Of a stretch of 25,153 nucleotides of DNA, positions 7,201 to 14,549 are shown in pieces (position 1 is the stretch's first letter; each line of letters opens with the position of its first letter). This DNA is from a virus (taxonomy: Duplodnaviria; Caudoviricetes): the IMG/VR virus record IMGVR_UViG_3300037484_000343, positions 1 to 25,153 of that record; one strand, given 5' to 3'. The notes under the pieces were generated by a model. The model searched no databases. It saw nothing but the letters and a program-made list of their open reading frames with translations, and was not told the DNA's origin. The translations under genes were made by a program, and so were the position numbers.

Positions 7201-9316
7201 CACCGCCGTCAAAGCCCTGGAAACCGAAGGGCGGATCGGTGGTTATCTCGTGGTATGGGGTGACGCCGCGCGCAAAGACCTGCAAGGCGAATACTTTACA
7301 CCCGCCACCGATCTGGCGCTCGACTGGTATCCGCGCCGACCGGTCCTCTACCATCACGGGCTGGATAAGACGATGGCAACCAAGATGATCGGCCAACTGG
7401 ACACGTTCAGGACCGATGATGTGGGCCTGTGGGTCGAAGGCCAGCTCGACATGCGGGATCGCTGGAACCAGGCGGTCTATCGCATGGCCCAAGAAGGCAA
7501 ACTCGGCTGGTCGAGTGGCAGCCTGCCCCACATGGTGCAGGTCGAGCGCGACGGCAAGATCACGCGCTGGCCCATCGTCGAGGGCAGCATGACGCCGACT
7601 CCCGCCGAGCCACGTCACACGGAAGTTTCCAGCCGGAAGCATCGCATTGAAGGCGATCTCATTCCGGTTGTTTCTCAAGCGTACAAAAGCGCCGGGCTGA
7701 ACGCGCCCGCCATGCCGGCACCGGACGACGCCAGTGAGGGCGCGACGGTCAAAGGGCTAACGGGCACAGGGCACGCCGGACGCAACACGTCACCTGTAAA
7801 CCAGAACACACTAGCTCCTATAGAGGACAAACCCATGACGATGCAAGATGCATTGACCAAAGATCAGGCGGCTGTGTTGTTCGCCGACATGATCAAAAAG
7901 GCGCGCGAAGAGCAACAGGCCGAGCAAGAACAGGCCGATCTCCGCGCCAAAGCCGCGCGGACGGATCAGCTCGAACAGGAAAACGCCGCGCTGAAATCGC
8001 AGGCACCGCCGCAGAGCGAACCCGCGAAACGTCTGCCCGGTCATGAAGACGAGCCAGAGCGTGAAGTGTTTCATGATACGACCTTCCAGCGCGATACCGC
8101 GCAGAAGCTCGTCCCGATCATCTCCGTCGGCAGCAAGTACGATGGCCTGAGCGCTGTCGATCTGGCCTATGGCAAGATGATCATCGAAGGGATCGGCAAA
8201 GACGGGCGGAAGCACCCGATCAGCGCCGAATATCGCCGGGCGCTGGCCGAAAAGACCTGGCGGGAAGGCTTCCGCCCGATCAAGCCCGACGGCACGGCCT
8301 GGAAGTCCGATGAACTGGCGCACTCCGATCTCACCAGCTACGGCGATGAGTGGGTGCCCGATCTGTGGTCGTCTGAATTGTGGCGCAAGGCCCGCGTGGA
8401 CAACGTGATCCTGCCCCTGTTCAACAGCCTGGAAATGCCGTCGAACCCGTTTGAGCTGCCCATCGAAGGGACCGATCCGACGGTGTACTACGTGCCCGAA
8501 ACCGCCGACGAAGCGCACCTGCTCCTGTCAGGCGCGGGCAATCCCATGCCGGACTCGCTGGTCGGGTCGGGCAAAGTCACGCTGACCGCCAAGAAGCTGG
8601 CGATCCGCGTGGGCTTCTCCGCCGAACTGGTCGAAGACTCGGTCATCCCGATCCTCGCGCTCTACCGCGAACAGGGTTTGCGCGTTATGTCAGATGCGAT
8701 TGACAACGTGCTCCTGAACGGCGACACCGAGACGGGCGCGACGGGTAACATCAACATGGACGACCAGGCTCCGACGGGAACGGAAAAAACCCTGGCGTTC
8801 AACGGCCTGCGGAAACTTGGCCTGGTCACGACGACGACCAATGGCGTCAATGCGTCCGGCGGCCCGACGGCCAGTCTGTTCCGTCAGACCCGTTTCAAGA
8901 TGACCAACAAGTACGCTTTGCGCCCCCGCGACTGTGCGTACATCGTGGACTCCGGCTCGTATGGCAAACTGCTCGAAGCCAACGAGATCGTCACGGTGGA
9001 CAAGTATGGCGGCAGCGCGTCGATCCTGACGGGCGAAGTCGGCTTGATCTACGGTGTGCCCGTGCTGCCGTCGGCGGAAATGGCCCTGACGGAAGCGGAC
9101 GGCAAGCTGTCGTATGACACGCCGAGCAACAACACCAAAGGCCAGGCGGTGTGTGTGTACCGTCCCGGCTGGATGGTAGGCTACCGCCGCCGCGTGGCTG
9201 CGTCCATGACGTACCTGCCGTTTTACGACGCCTACCAGATGGTGGCGACACTGCGGCTGGCGTTTATCAATTTCGACGCCGAAGTCGCCAGCGTGCTGTA
9301 CAACATCACGGTCTAA
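7172..9316 (+). CDS. Prohead protease (HK97 gp4-like) fused to coiled-coil scaffold/delta domain and HK97-fold major capsid protein
   Basis: ATG 7172 with GGAG at 7158-7161. Protease motifs DLQGEYF, LYHHG (His), WSSGS (Ser) and EGSMTPTPAEP (Glu). A charged coiled coil follows, then capsid signatures GDEWVPDLWSSELW, VTLTAKKLA...FSAELVEDS, IDNVLLNGD and LIYGVPVLPS. Confidence 0.9.
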   Translation: MATQTQTLVNTAVKALETEGRIGGYLVVWGDAARKDLQGEYFTPATDLALDWYPRRPVLYHHGLDKTMATKMIGQLDTFRTDDVGLWVEGQLDMRDRWNQAVYRMAQEGKLGWSSGSLPHMVQVERDGKITRWPIVEGSMTPTPAEPRHTEVSSRKHRIEGDLIPVVSQAYKSAGLNAPAMPAPDDASEGATVKGLTGTGHAGRNTSPVNQNTLAPIEDKPMTMQDALTKDQAAVLFADMIKKAREEQQAEQEQADLRAKAARTDQLEQENAALKSQAPPQSEPAKRLPGHEDEPEREVFHDTTFQRDTAQKLVPIISVGSKYDGLSAVDLAYGKMIIEGIGKDGRKHPISAEYRRALAEKTWREGFRPIKPDGTAWKSDELAHSDLTSYGDEWVPDLWSSELWRKARVDNVILPLFNSLEMPSNPFELPIEGTDPTVYYVPETADEAHLLLSGAGNPMPDSLVGSGKVTLTAKKLAIRVGFSAELVEDSVIPILALYREQGLRVMSDAIDNVLLNGDTETGATGNINMDDQAPTGTEKTLAFNGLRKLGLVTTTTNGVNASGGPTASLFRQTRFKMTNKYALRPRDCAYIVDSGSYGKLLEANEIVTVDKYGGSASILTGEVGLIYGVPVLPSAEMALTEADGKLSYDTPSNNTKGQAVCVYRPGWMVGYRRRVAASMTYLPFYDAYQMVATLRLAFINFDAEVASVLYNITV
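7823..7837 (+). promoter_or_regulatory. Internal in-frame ribosome-binding site and ATG for the scaffold-capsid moiety
   Basis: GAGGA at 7823-7827, then 7 nt (caaaccc) to an in-frame ATG at 7835, at the end of a low-complexity linker after the protease domain. Confidence 0.65.
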
Positions 9317-9342
9317 GGCCGTCACTCTGCCTACTGAATGAG

Positions 9343-9366
9343 ATGGGGCGGTTCACTCCGCCCCAT
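9343..9366 (+). other. GC-rich stem-loop after the capsid gene (mRNA stabiliser or attenuator)
   Basis: ATGGGGCGG (9343-9351), loop TTCACT, CCGCCCCAT (9358-9366): a perfect 9-bp stem with no U-tract, next to the following SD (AGGAG 9369-9373). Confidence 0.6.
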
Positions 9367-9382
9367 TCAGGAGATTAAAAAC

Positions 9383-9808
9383 ATGCTGCAAGAAAAAATC
9401 GCAGTCGCCAGCCCGCTCGCCGTATTCGGTCCGTTCGTGGACGAGGATGTGGCGGCTTCTCAAACCAACGTGCAGTTGATCATCGCAGGCGGCGGGGCCA
9501 ATGCCGGGATCGTCATGCCGAAGTCCGGCCACGTGATCGGGATGCTTTGGACGCTCGACGCGGCGGCCAGCGCGGGATCGCTGACCATCGGCGTCACGAT
9601 TGATGGCACGGAAGACGCCGATACCGTACAGACGGTCACCACCGCCGCCGAGGGTTATCCGACCTGGATGATCAGCGACGATGCGCCCGCGTTTGCAGCG
9701 GGCGAACAGATCGGCGTGGAGATCACATCGGACGGCAGTTGGAACGGTACGAGTTCCGATCTGGCTGTGTACCTGATCGTCGTCTTCGACGATTGGGATT
9801 TCCACTAG
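9383..9808 (+). CDS. Putative head decoration/cement protein (acidic, beta-rich)
   Basis: AGGAG SD with ATG 9383, directly after the capsid gene; 141 aa with beta-sandwich-like patterning. Function is inferred from position only. Confidence 0.55.
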   Translation: MLQEKIAVASPLAVFGPFVDEDVAASQTNVQLIIAGGGANAGIVMPKSGHVIGMLWTLDAAASAGSLTIGVTIDGTEDADTVQTVTTAAEGYPTWMISDDAPAFAAGEQIGVEITSDGSWNGTSSDLAVYLIVVFDDWDFH

Positions 9809-9819
9809 AGGGCGCCGGG

Positions 9820-10131
9820 ATGAATAAGAAGCTGCTTTATCAAGGCGCTTTGGCGTCCACCAATACCACCGTGATCTTTACGGCGGCTCACCCGACCACG
9901 ATCACCGGGATCAAGCTGGTCAATACGACCGGCAGTGATGCGACCATAGCCCTGTACCACAATGGCACGGCGGCGGCTAACGCCATCTTGCCGCCGACGA
10001 CCATTCTGGCGGGCGGTCACGCCGAAGACGACGATCCCGGTATCCACATGGAGCCGGGCGACACACTGTTGATCGATCAGGGTACGTCGGGGGCGATCAC
10101 CGTCTCCGTGTACGGGGAGGTCACCACCTAA
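9820..10131 (+). CDS. Small beta-rich virion structural protein (hypothetical)
   Basis: GAGGG SD then ATG 9820; 103 aa, Thr/Gly-rich (ITGIKLVNTTGSDATIALY...MEPGDTL...ITVSVYGE); TAATG coupling to the next gene. Confidence 0.6.
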   Translation: MNKKLLYQGALASTNTTVIFTAAHPTTITGIKLVNTTGSDATIALYHNGTAAANAILPPTTILAGGHAEDDDPGIHMEPGDTLLIDQGTSGAITVSVYGEVTT

Positions 10132-10670
10132 TGGCCTGGAAATTTTACGACAGCGCCGGGCGCGAACAAGCCAGCGCTCCAGTGGTGCAAATCAACGACA
10201 TCGGCGATGTGGTCATTACGGGTCCCGCCGACAACGAAGTGCTGGCGTACAACAATGCGACCAGCCAGTGGATCAACCAGACGGCAGCCGAAGCGGGTTT
10301 GTCCGACACCAGCCACAGCCACACGGTTGATGGCCTGTCCGATGCCGTGATTACCGATGTAGCCGACAACGAAGTGCTGGCTTACGACTCCGGTGGCAAC
10401 TGGATTAACCAGACCGCTGCTGAAGCGGGGATTGCTGCCGCCGATCACAATCACGGCACGAACGGCGTGAAGACGAAGGTGGCTGAAACCGACACGGCCA
10501 ATCCGCCCATCATCTCGGAACTCACCACCGCGTTCGGCGATCCAGCGACGTTGGGGGACGGGTTTATCGGCGTGTTGGACGATGGCGGGGCAGGGACGAA
10601 CGTGTACCTAGTCGCCGTCGCCAACGGCGCGTTTTATCACCTGCTGATGACAGCGGCGGCGGTGTCGTAA
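10131..10670 (+). CDS. Fibre-like structural protein with two ~45-aa repeats (putative head fibre)
   Basis: Two repeats of the form DxxITxxADNEVLAY...WINQTAAEAG...HxH, a type seen in trimeric phage fibres. Confidence 0.6.
   Translation: MAWKFYDSAGREQASAPVVQINDIGDVVITGPADNEVLAYNNATSQWINQTAAEAGLSDTSHSHTVDGLSDAVITDVADNEVLAYDSGGNWINQTAAEAGIAAADHNHGTNGVKTKVAETDTANPPIISELTTAFGDPATLGDGFIGVLDDGGAGTNVYLVAVANGAFYHLLMTAAAVS
10227..10381 (+). repeat. Intragenic direct repeat; exact 20-nt core GCCGACAACGAAGTGCTGGC, period 135 nt
   Basis: Copies at 10227-10246 and 10362-10381. The downstream TGGAT(C/T)AACCAGAC...GAAGCGGG stretch is also repeated. Confidence 0.85.
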
Positions 10671-10672
10671 CC

Positions 10673-11056
10673 ATGGCCGTCTATGGACCTATCACCGTCA
10701 CGACGACCGGAAACGCGGGAGTCGCTACGGGTACGGCGGACCTGCCGTTCGACCTGCGCAACTGCCTGCTCGAAGCGATCAAGATTGACTATCACGCCAG
10801 CGCCCCGGATACCTCCGATGTCACGATTGCCGAAACGACGGGTCTGGCGCGCAGCCTGCTGGTCGTGAGCAACAACAAGACCGACGGCACGTACTACCCG
10901 CGTCATGCCGTGCATGATGCCGTGGGTGCAGCGGGTGCGGGGGTGGTCCCTTATATCATCGAAGGGCCGATCCGCGTTAGCGTGGCGCAGTGCGACGCGC
11001 TGACGAACGCTGTGCAGGTGTGGTTGCAAGTCGTCGAAAACCCGAACGTGAGGTAA
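10673..11056 (+). CDS. Hypothetical virion structural protein
   Basis: 127-aa beta-rich ORF linked to the upstream gene by TAACCATG, within the head module. Confidence 0.6.
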   Translation: MAVYGPITVTTTGNAGVATGTADLPFDLRNCLLEAIKIDYHASAPDTSDVTIAETTGLARSLLVVSNNKTDGTYYPRHAVHDAVGAAGAGVVPYIIEGPIRVSVAQCDALTNAVQVWLQVVENPNVR

Positions 11057-11058
11057 GC

Positions 11059-11559
11059 GTGTTTCGAGTCAGCATGCTTTCGGAGAGCGATGATCAACTG
11101 GCGGCGCTGCACGACCTGGCGGCGCGGTATCCCGATCTGGTGCAAGACGAAGCCGATCGGTCTATCCGCCCGCGCGCTACGCGCCTGATCCAGAACCGTC
11201 TGGGCAGCCGCACGCCCGGTCCGGTCGTGTACCCGATTGCCTGGACCTCGGAGAAACAGCGCCGGGCCTACTTCGCCACCAACGGCTTTGGGCACGGTAT
11301 TCCGTACCGGCGCACCGGGGCATTGATGCGTGCCTGGGAAGTCATCATGCGCGCCACCCAGTCCGGTTTTTCGCTGGTGGTGCGCAACGATAACCCCGCC
11401 GCGCCGTTTGTCGTGGGGCGCTGGCAGCAGGGTTATCACGCCCGCACGGGCTGGCCGAAAGCCCGGACGATGATCGAGCAGGTCACAAGCGAGCTGCGCC
11501 CGATCATCGTGGCGCTGCCGCAGCGCGTGCGCGAATCGTTTGCGCAGAGAGGGCGCTAA
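11059..11559 (+). CDS. Neck/tail-completion protein (HK97 gp10-like, putative)
   Basis: GAGGT SD then GTG 11059 (alternative ATG 11074). Basic protein with YRRTGALMRAW, matching the gp10-like RTGxL pattern. Confidence 0.6.
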   Translation: MFRVSMLSESDDQLAALHDLAARYPDLVQDEADRSIRPRATRLIQNRLGSRTPGPVVYPIAWTSEKQRRAYFATNGFGHGIPYRRTGALMRAWEVIMRATQSGFSLVVRNDNPAAPFVVGRWQQGYHARTGWPKARTMIEQVTSELRPIIVALPQRVRESFAQRGR

Positions 11560-11561
11560 CC

Positions 11562-12464
11562 ATGGTGCTGTATGCTGATGCCGATCTGACGACGCTGGAC
11601 GCGGTGAAGGCCCAACTGTCGCTCACCACGTCGGATGCGACGGATGACCGGCTGCTTCAGGACTTTATCACGGCGGCCAGTGACCTGATCACGCAATACT
11701 GCGCCCGGTCTTTTGTGCCGTACCAGGCGACGCGCCTGTACGATGCCCTGGGGGAACACCTAGGCTACAGCGAGGCCAGCGCGCACGACGGCTGGACGGG
11801 CCAACAAACCCTGACACTGGACGAAGACCTGCTCGAAGTCGTCACACTGACCAATGGCGACAGCTCCGTGATCACCAGCGCGCAGTATGTGCTGCGCGGC
11901 AAAGGGTATCCGAAGTGGATGATCGAACTCTTGCCGACGGCGGGGATCGCCTGGACGTACAACACCAACTGGCAAAATGCCCTGTCGGTCAACGCGATAT
12001 GGGGCTTTCACGAGGACTACAGCCGCGCGTGGGTCAGCACGGGCGACGTGGTGCAGGATACGGGCGGGATCAACGCCAGTGTCCAGAGCATCACCGTGAC
12101 GGACGCCGACGGCAAAGACGCGCGCTATCGCACGCGCTTTCAGACCGGGATGTTGCTCAAGATCGAGAGCGAATACCTGAAGGTGGTCGCGGTAAACACC
12201 AGTACGAATGCGCTGACCGTCTTGCGCGGTGTCAACGGCACCACCGCTGCGACGCACGCCAAGAGCACCGCGATCGGCAGCTTCGCGCCCATGCGCAACA
12301 TCGAGCAGATTTGTATTGCGCTGACAGCCTGGCTGTATCGCAACCGGGGTACAGCGGGCGACTCGATCCAATTGCTGATGGACGGCACGAAGGTCATCTC
12401 CGGCGACGTGCCCGTGCATATCCGGCAGGCAATGGACCAGTACGCCAGGGTGAGAGTCCGGTGA
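11562..12464 (+). CDS. Head-tail adaptor (HK97 gp6/SPP1 gp15-like) with an inserted beta domain
   Basis: N-terminus DLTTLDAVKAQLSL...DDRLLQDFITAASDLITQYCARSF and C-terminus IEQICIALTAWLYRNR...VPVHIRQAMDQY. Internal insert ...LTVLRGVNGTTAATH. Confidence 0.75.
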   Translation: MVLYADADLTTLDAVKAQLSLTTSDATDDRLLQDFITAASDLITQYCARSFVPYQATRLYDALGEHLGYSEASAHDGWTGQQTLTLDEDLLEVVTLTNGDSSVITSAQYVLRGKGYPKWMIELLPTAGIAWTYNTNWQNALSVNAIWGFHEDYSRAWVSTGDVVQDTGGINASVQSITVTDADGKDARYRTRFQTGMLLKIESEYLKVVAVNTSTNALTVLRGVNGTTAATHAKSTAIGSFAPMRNIEQICIALTAWLYRNRGTAGDSIQLLMDGTKVISGDVPVHIRQAMDQYARVRVR

Positions 12465-12919
12465 CGATCACGATTGACGCGATGGAAACGGCGCTCGCGC
12501 CGATCTTCACGGGTGTATCGGGGATCATCAAGTACTTCCCGGACTTCCCTGACGCCCTGCAAGACCGGATGCTGCCGTGCGTGATCACCTCGCCCGGCGC
12601 AGCGACGTACAACGAAACCGTGCGGGGCGCAAAAAGTCTGCGGACCGTGCGGCGCTGGCGGGCGATTGTGATCGTCAAAAAAGCCGTCCTGGGGCGCGAG
12701 TTTCAAGCCGAAAGCGAAGTCAAGCCCTTTCTGACCAGCGTTCCGGCCCGGTTGAAAGCCTACCCGGTGGTGCGCTGCGCCGACGGCAAAACGTTCGAGC
12801 TTCGTCTGCACCAGGGTGGAGACAATGGCGTGCAGCCGATCACCTATAACAAAGTGGATTATGTCGGGACCGTGATTGAGTTTTTCACCGAAACGGATGA
12901 GTACATCACCCCGGCATAG
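12461..12919 (+). CDS. Tail terminator protein (putative)
   Basis: GTGA overlap with the adaptor stop; 152 aa; an N-terminal helix then PDALQDRMLPCVIT; directly before the tail tube gene. Confidence 0.6.
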   Translation: MTITIDAMETALAPIFTGVSGIIKYFPDFPDALQDRMLPCVITSPGAATYNETVRGAKSLRTVRRWRAIVIVKKAVLGREFQAESEVKPFLTSVPARLKAYPVVRCADGKTFELRLHQGGDNGVQPITYNKVDYVGTVIEFFTETDEYITPA

Positions 12920-12937
12920 CAGAGAGGAATAACCAGT

Positions 12938-13813
12938 ATGGCAACAGCAGTCAGCAAGATTGTGGGCGGGTACGCCGAAGGGCTGTACTACGGCGTGGTA
13001 GACAGCAGTGGCTACCTGGTGGGCAGCACGGCCAGCGCGCCCGCCGCCGGGAACCAGGCCGGGTCGGCCATGGCGCAGCTCCTGGGGATCAAGAACTTCC
13101 CCTTTGCGCCGGTGGACCCGGATCGCCCCACGCAGCGCGGCGACGCGGGCGCGCTCGCGCGGTTCATTCACCGCCCGACGGAACTGCCCGAATCCAACAT
13201 GATTTTTGGGGCCTCGGACTATGACTTCTACGCGCTGTGTCAGGCGCTTGCCGTCCTGACGCTGGGCGGCGGGAAGTTCGTGCTGGGCCAGGCGTATAAC
13301 CCGACCTACGCCGACCTGGTGCTGCTCGCGTTTTCGCAGGGCAAGAGCCAGGAGAGCGCCAGCGAGGGTTCGGGGCTGTGGGAAGCGCGGATCATCCTGA
13401 AGACCAACATCTTCCCGAAGGGGCGCACAGCCTTTAACGACGAGGCGCTGTCGGAATACGAATACGCGCTGGTGTCCAACTACGCGACGGCGTTCCCCTG
13501 GGGGCACGCTTTCAGCGATGCCGACGAGGGCGACACCAAAGCGGCCTACGTGGACTTCACCTGGCCGTATCGCCCGATCCTGCAACGGTGGACCGGGAAC
13601 AACACGGAAACCTCGTTCAACCTCGACAAGAATATCGCCGAAGACTCGGCGGATAACATTGTCGTGTTTGTGAACGGCACGGCGCAGACCTGGGTTACAG
13701 GCGCTCCGGGAGCGGGCGAGTTCGGAATCACAGCGGGCACGCCGGACGTACTGGTCCTGGGGACAGCCCCGGCCAGCAATGCCAAAGTCGTGGCGCTGTA
13801 CGGTTGGAATTAA
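12938..13813 (+). CDS. Major tail tube protein with a C-terminal accessory beta domain
   Basis: Strong SD (AGAGAGGA 12921-12928); lies between the terminator and the chaperones; followed by a stem-loop, as the capsid gene is. Confidence 0.7.
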   Translation: MATAVSKIVGGYAEGLYYGVVDSSGYLVGSTASAPAAGNQAGSAMAQLLGIKNFPFAPVDPDRPTQRGDAGALARFIHRPTELPESNMIFGASDYDFYALCQALAVLTLGGGKFVLGQAYNPTYADLVLLAFSQGKSQESASEGSGLWEARIILKTNIFPKGRTAFNDEALSEYEYALVSNYATAFPWGHAFSDADEGDTKAAYVDFTWPYRPILQRWTGNNTETSFNLDKNIAEDSADNIVVFVNGTAQTWVTGAPGAGEFGITAGTPDVLVLGTAPASNAKVVALYGWN

Positions 13814-13819
13814 CGTTCG

Positions 13820-13845
13820 GGCTGGCGTCAGGTTAAACGCCAGCC
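13820..13845 (+). other. Stem-loop after the tail tube gene
   Basis: GGCTGGCGT (13820-13828), loop CAGGTTAA, ACGCCAGCC (13837-13845); no U-tract. Confidence 0.6.
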
Positions 13846-13864
13846 TCATCCCAAAGGACAAACG

Positions 13865-14248
13865 ATGTTTGAAGTGGAACACGAGATCAAGACACTGGAC
13901 GGCAAGACCATCACTGTGACGCTGAAGGACACCATGCGCCACACGATCCGCTTCAGGCGCATGGATGCCAAGTTTGCTTCTGATGGCCAGGCGGACCGGT
14001 CACTGCGCTCGGACTTCTGCTGGCTGCTGGCGCACATCGGCGGGGTGAGCGGCACGGAGTGGCATCCGGTGGACGAACAGGCCGACGAAAAGAAGTTTGA
14101 GCAGTGTTACCTGGGGTTCGCCGACCTGGTGCATGACTCGGAATTCTACACGGCGGTTCGGGCCGTAAACGCGCTCGTCCGGCGTGATCATCCGGTGGAA
14201 AAGCCCGATCAGGCGTTGACGGCAGAGGAAGAACACGACCCAAACTAA
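13865..14248 (+). CDS. Tail assembly chaperone (gpG-like)
   Basis: AAAGGA SD; 127 aa between tube and tape measure; ends in D-P-N-stop over a slippery heptamer. Confidence 0.8.
   Translation: MFEVEHEIKTLDGKTITVTLKDTMRHTIRFRRMDAKFASDGQADRSLRSDFCWLLAHIGGVSGTEWHPVDEQADEKKFEQCYLGFADLVHDSEFYTAVRAVNALVRRDHPVEKPDQALTAEEEHDPN
14239..14245 (+). promoter_or_regulatory. Programmed -1 ribosomal frameshift site C CCA AAC
   Basis: X XXY YYZ heptamer in the correct phase immediately before TAA 14246-14248. The -1 frame stays open to TAA 14545-14547. Confidence 0.85.
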
Positions 14249-14547
14249 TCCAGGCCCGCAGCAAGCACCAGGAGCAGATTGTTGAGCGCCTGGACCGCCG
14301 GGCGCGGGCGTTTCTCAATCTGGATGGGCGTAAGCCGCAAGACTGGTTGTTTTACGGCTTTACCACGCCGGGGCTGTCGGATGACGACGTGCTGCGCAGT
14401 TGGGAAGCCTACCGGGATCACGGCATCTTGCTGACGGCGGGCGGATTTTTGGATCAGCCGTCGCAATGGTGGGATGACATGGAAACGTGCGAGGCGATTT
14501 ACCTCACACGGGTACTGATCAACGAGAAAGAAGTTAAGAAAGACTAA
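14245..14547 (+). CDS. Frameshift extension of the tail assembly chaperone (gpGT-like, ~227 aa total)
   Basis: The -1 frame reads LIQARSKHQEQIVERLDRR...GILLTAGGFLDQPSQWWDDM... (100 codons) and has no good start of its own. GGxxDQP is a motif common in such extensions. Confidence 0.8.
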   Translation, partial: LIQARSKHQEQIVERLDRRARAFLNLDGRKPQDWLFYGFTTPGLSDDDVLRSWEAYRDHGILLTAGGFLDQPSQWWDDMETCEAIYLTRVLINEKEVKKD

Positions 14548-14549
14548 CC

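Noticed and set aside
9343-9366. This hairpin (and the one at 13820-13845) as a classic intrinsic terminator
   Set aside because: No U-tract follows, and downstream genes are part of the same operon; kept only as stem-loops.
10227-10381. 20-nt direct repeat as a CRISPR array or DGR template/variable pair
   Set aside because: Only two copies, in frame within a protein repeat; no cas or reverse transcriptase gene in the window.
11915-12460. N-terminal extension of the 334-aa ORF
   Set aside because: Out-of-frame overlap with the adaptor gene; the GTGA junction at 12461 is the more plausible start.
12140-13942. 600-aa minus-strand ORF
   Set aside because: Antisense shadow of three well-supported plus-strand genes. 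It has no recognisable motifs, and long shadows are expected with GC-rich codon bias.
14347-14547. Stand-alone 66-aa gene
   Set aside because: TTG start without an SD; better explained as part of the -1 frameshift product.
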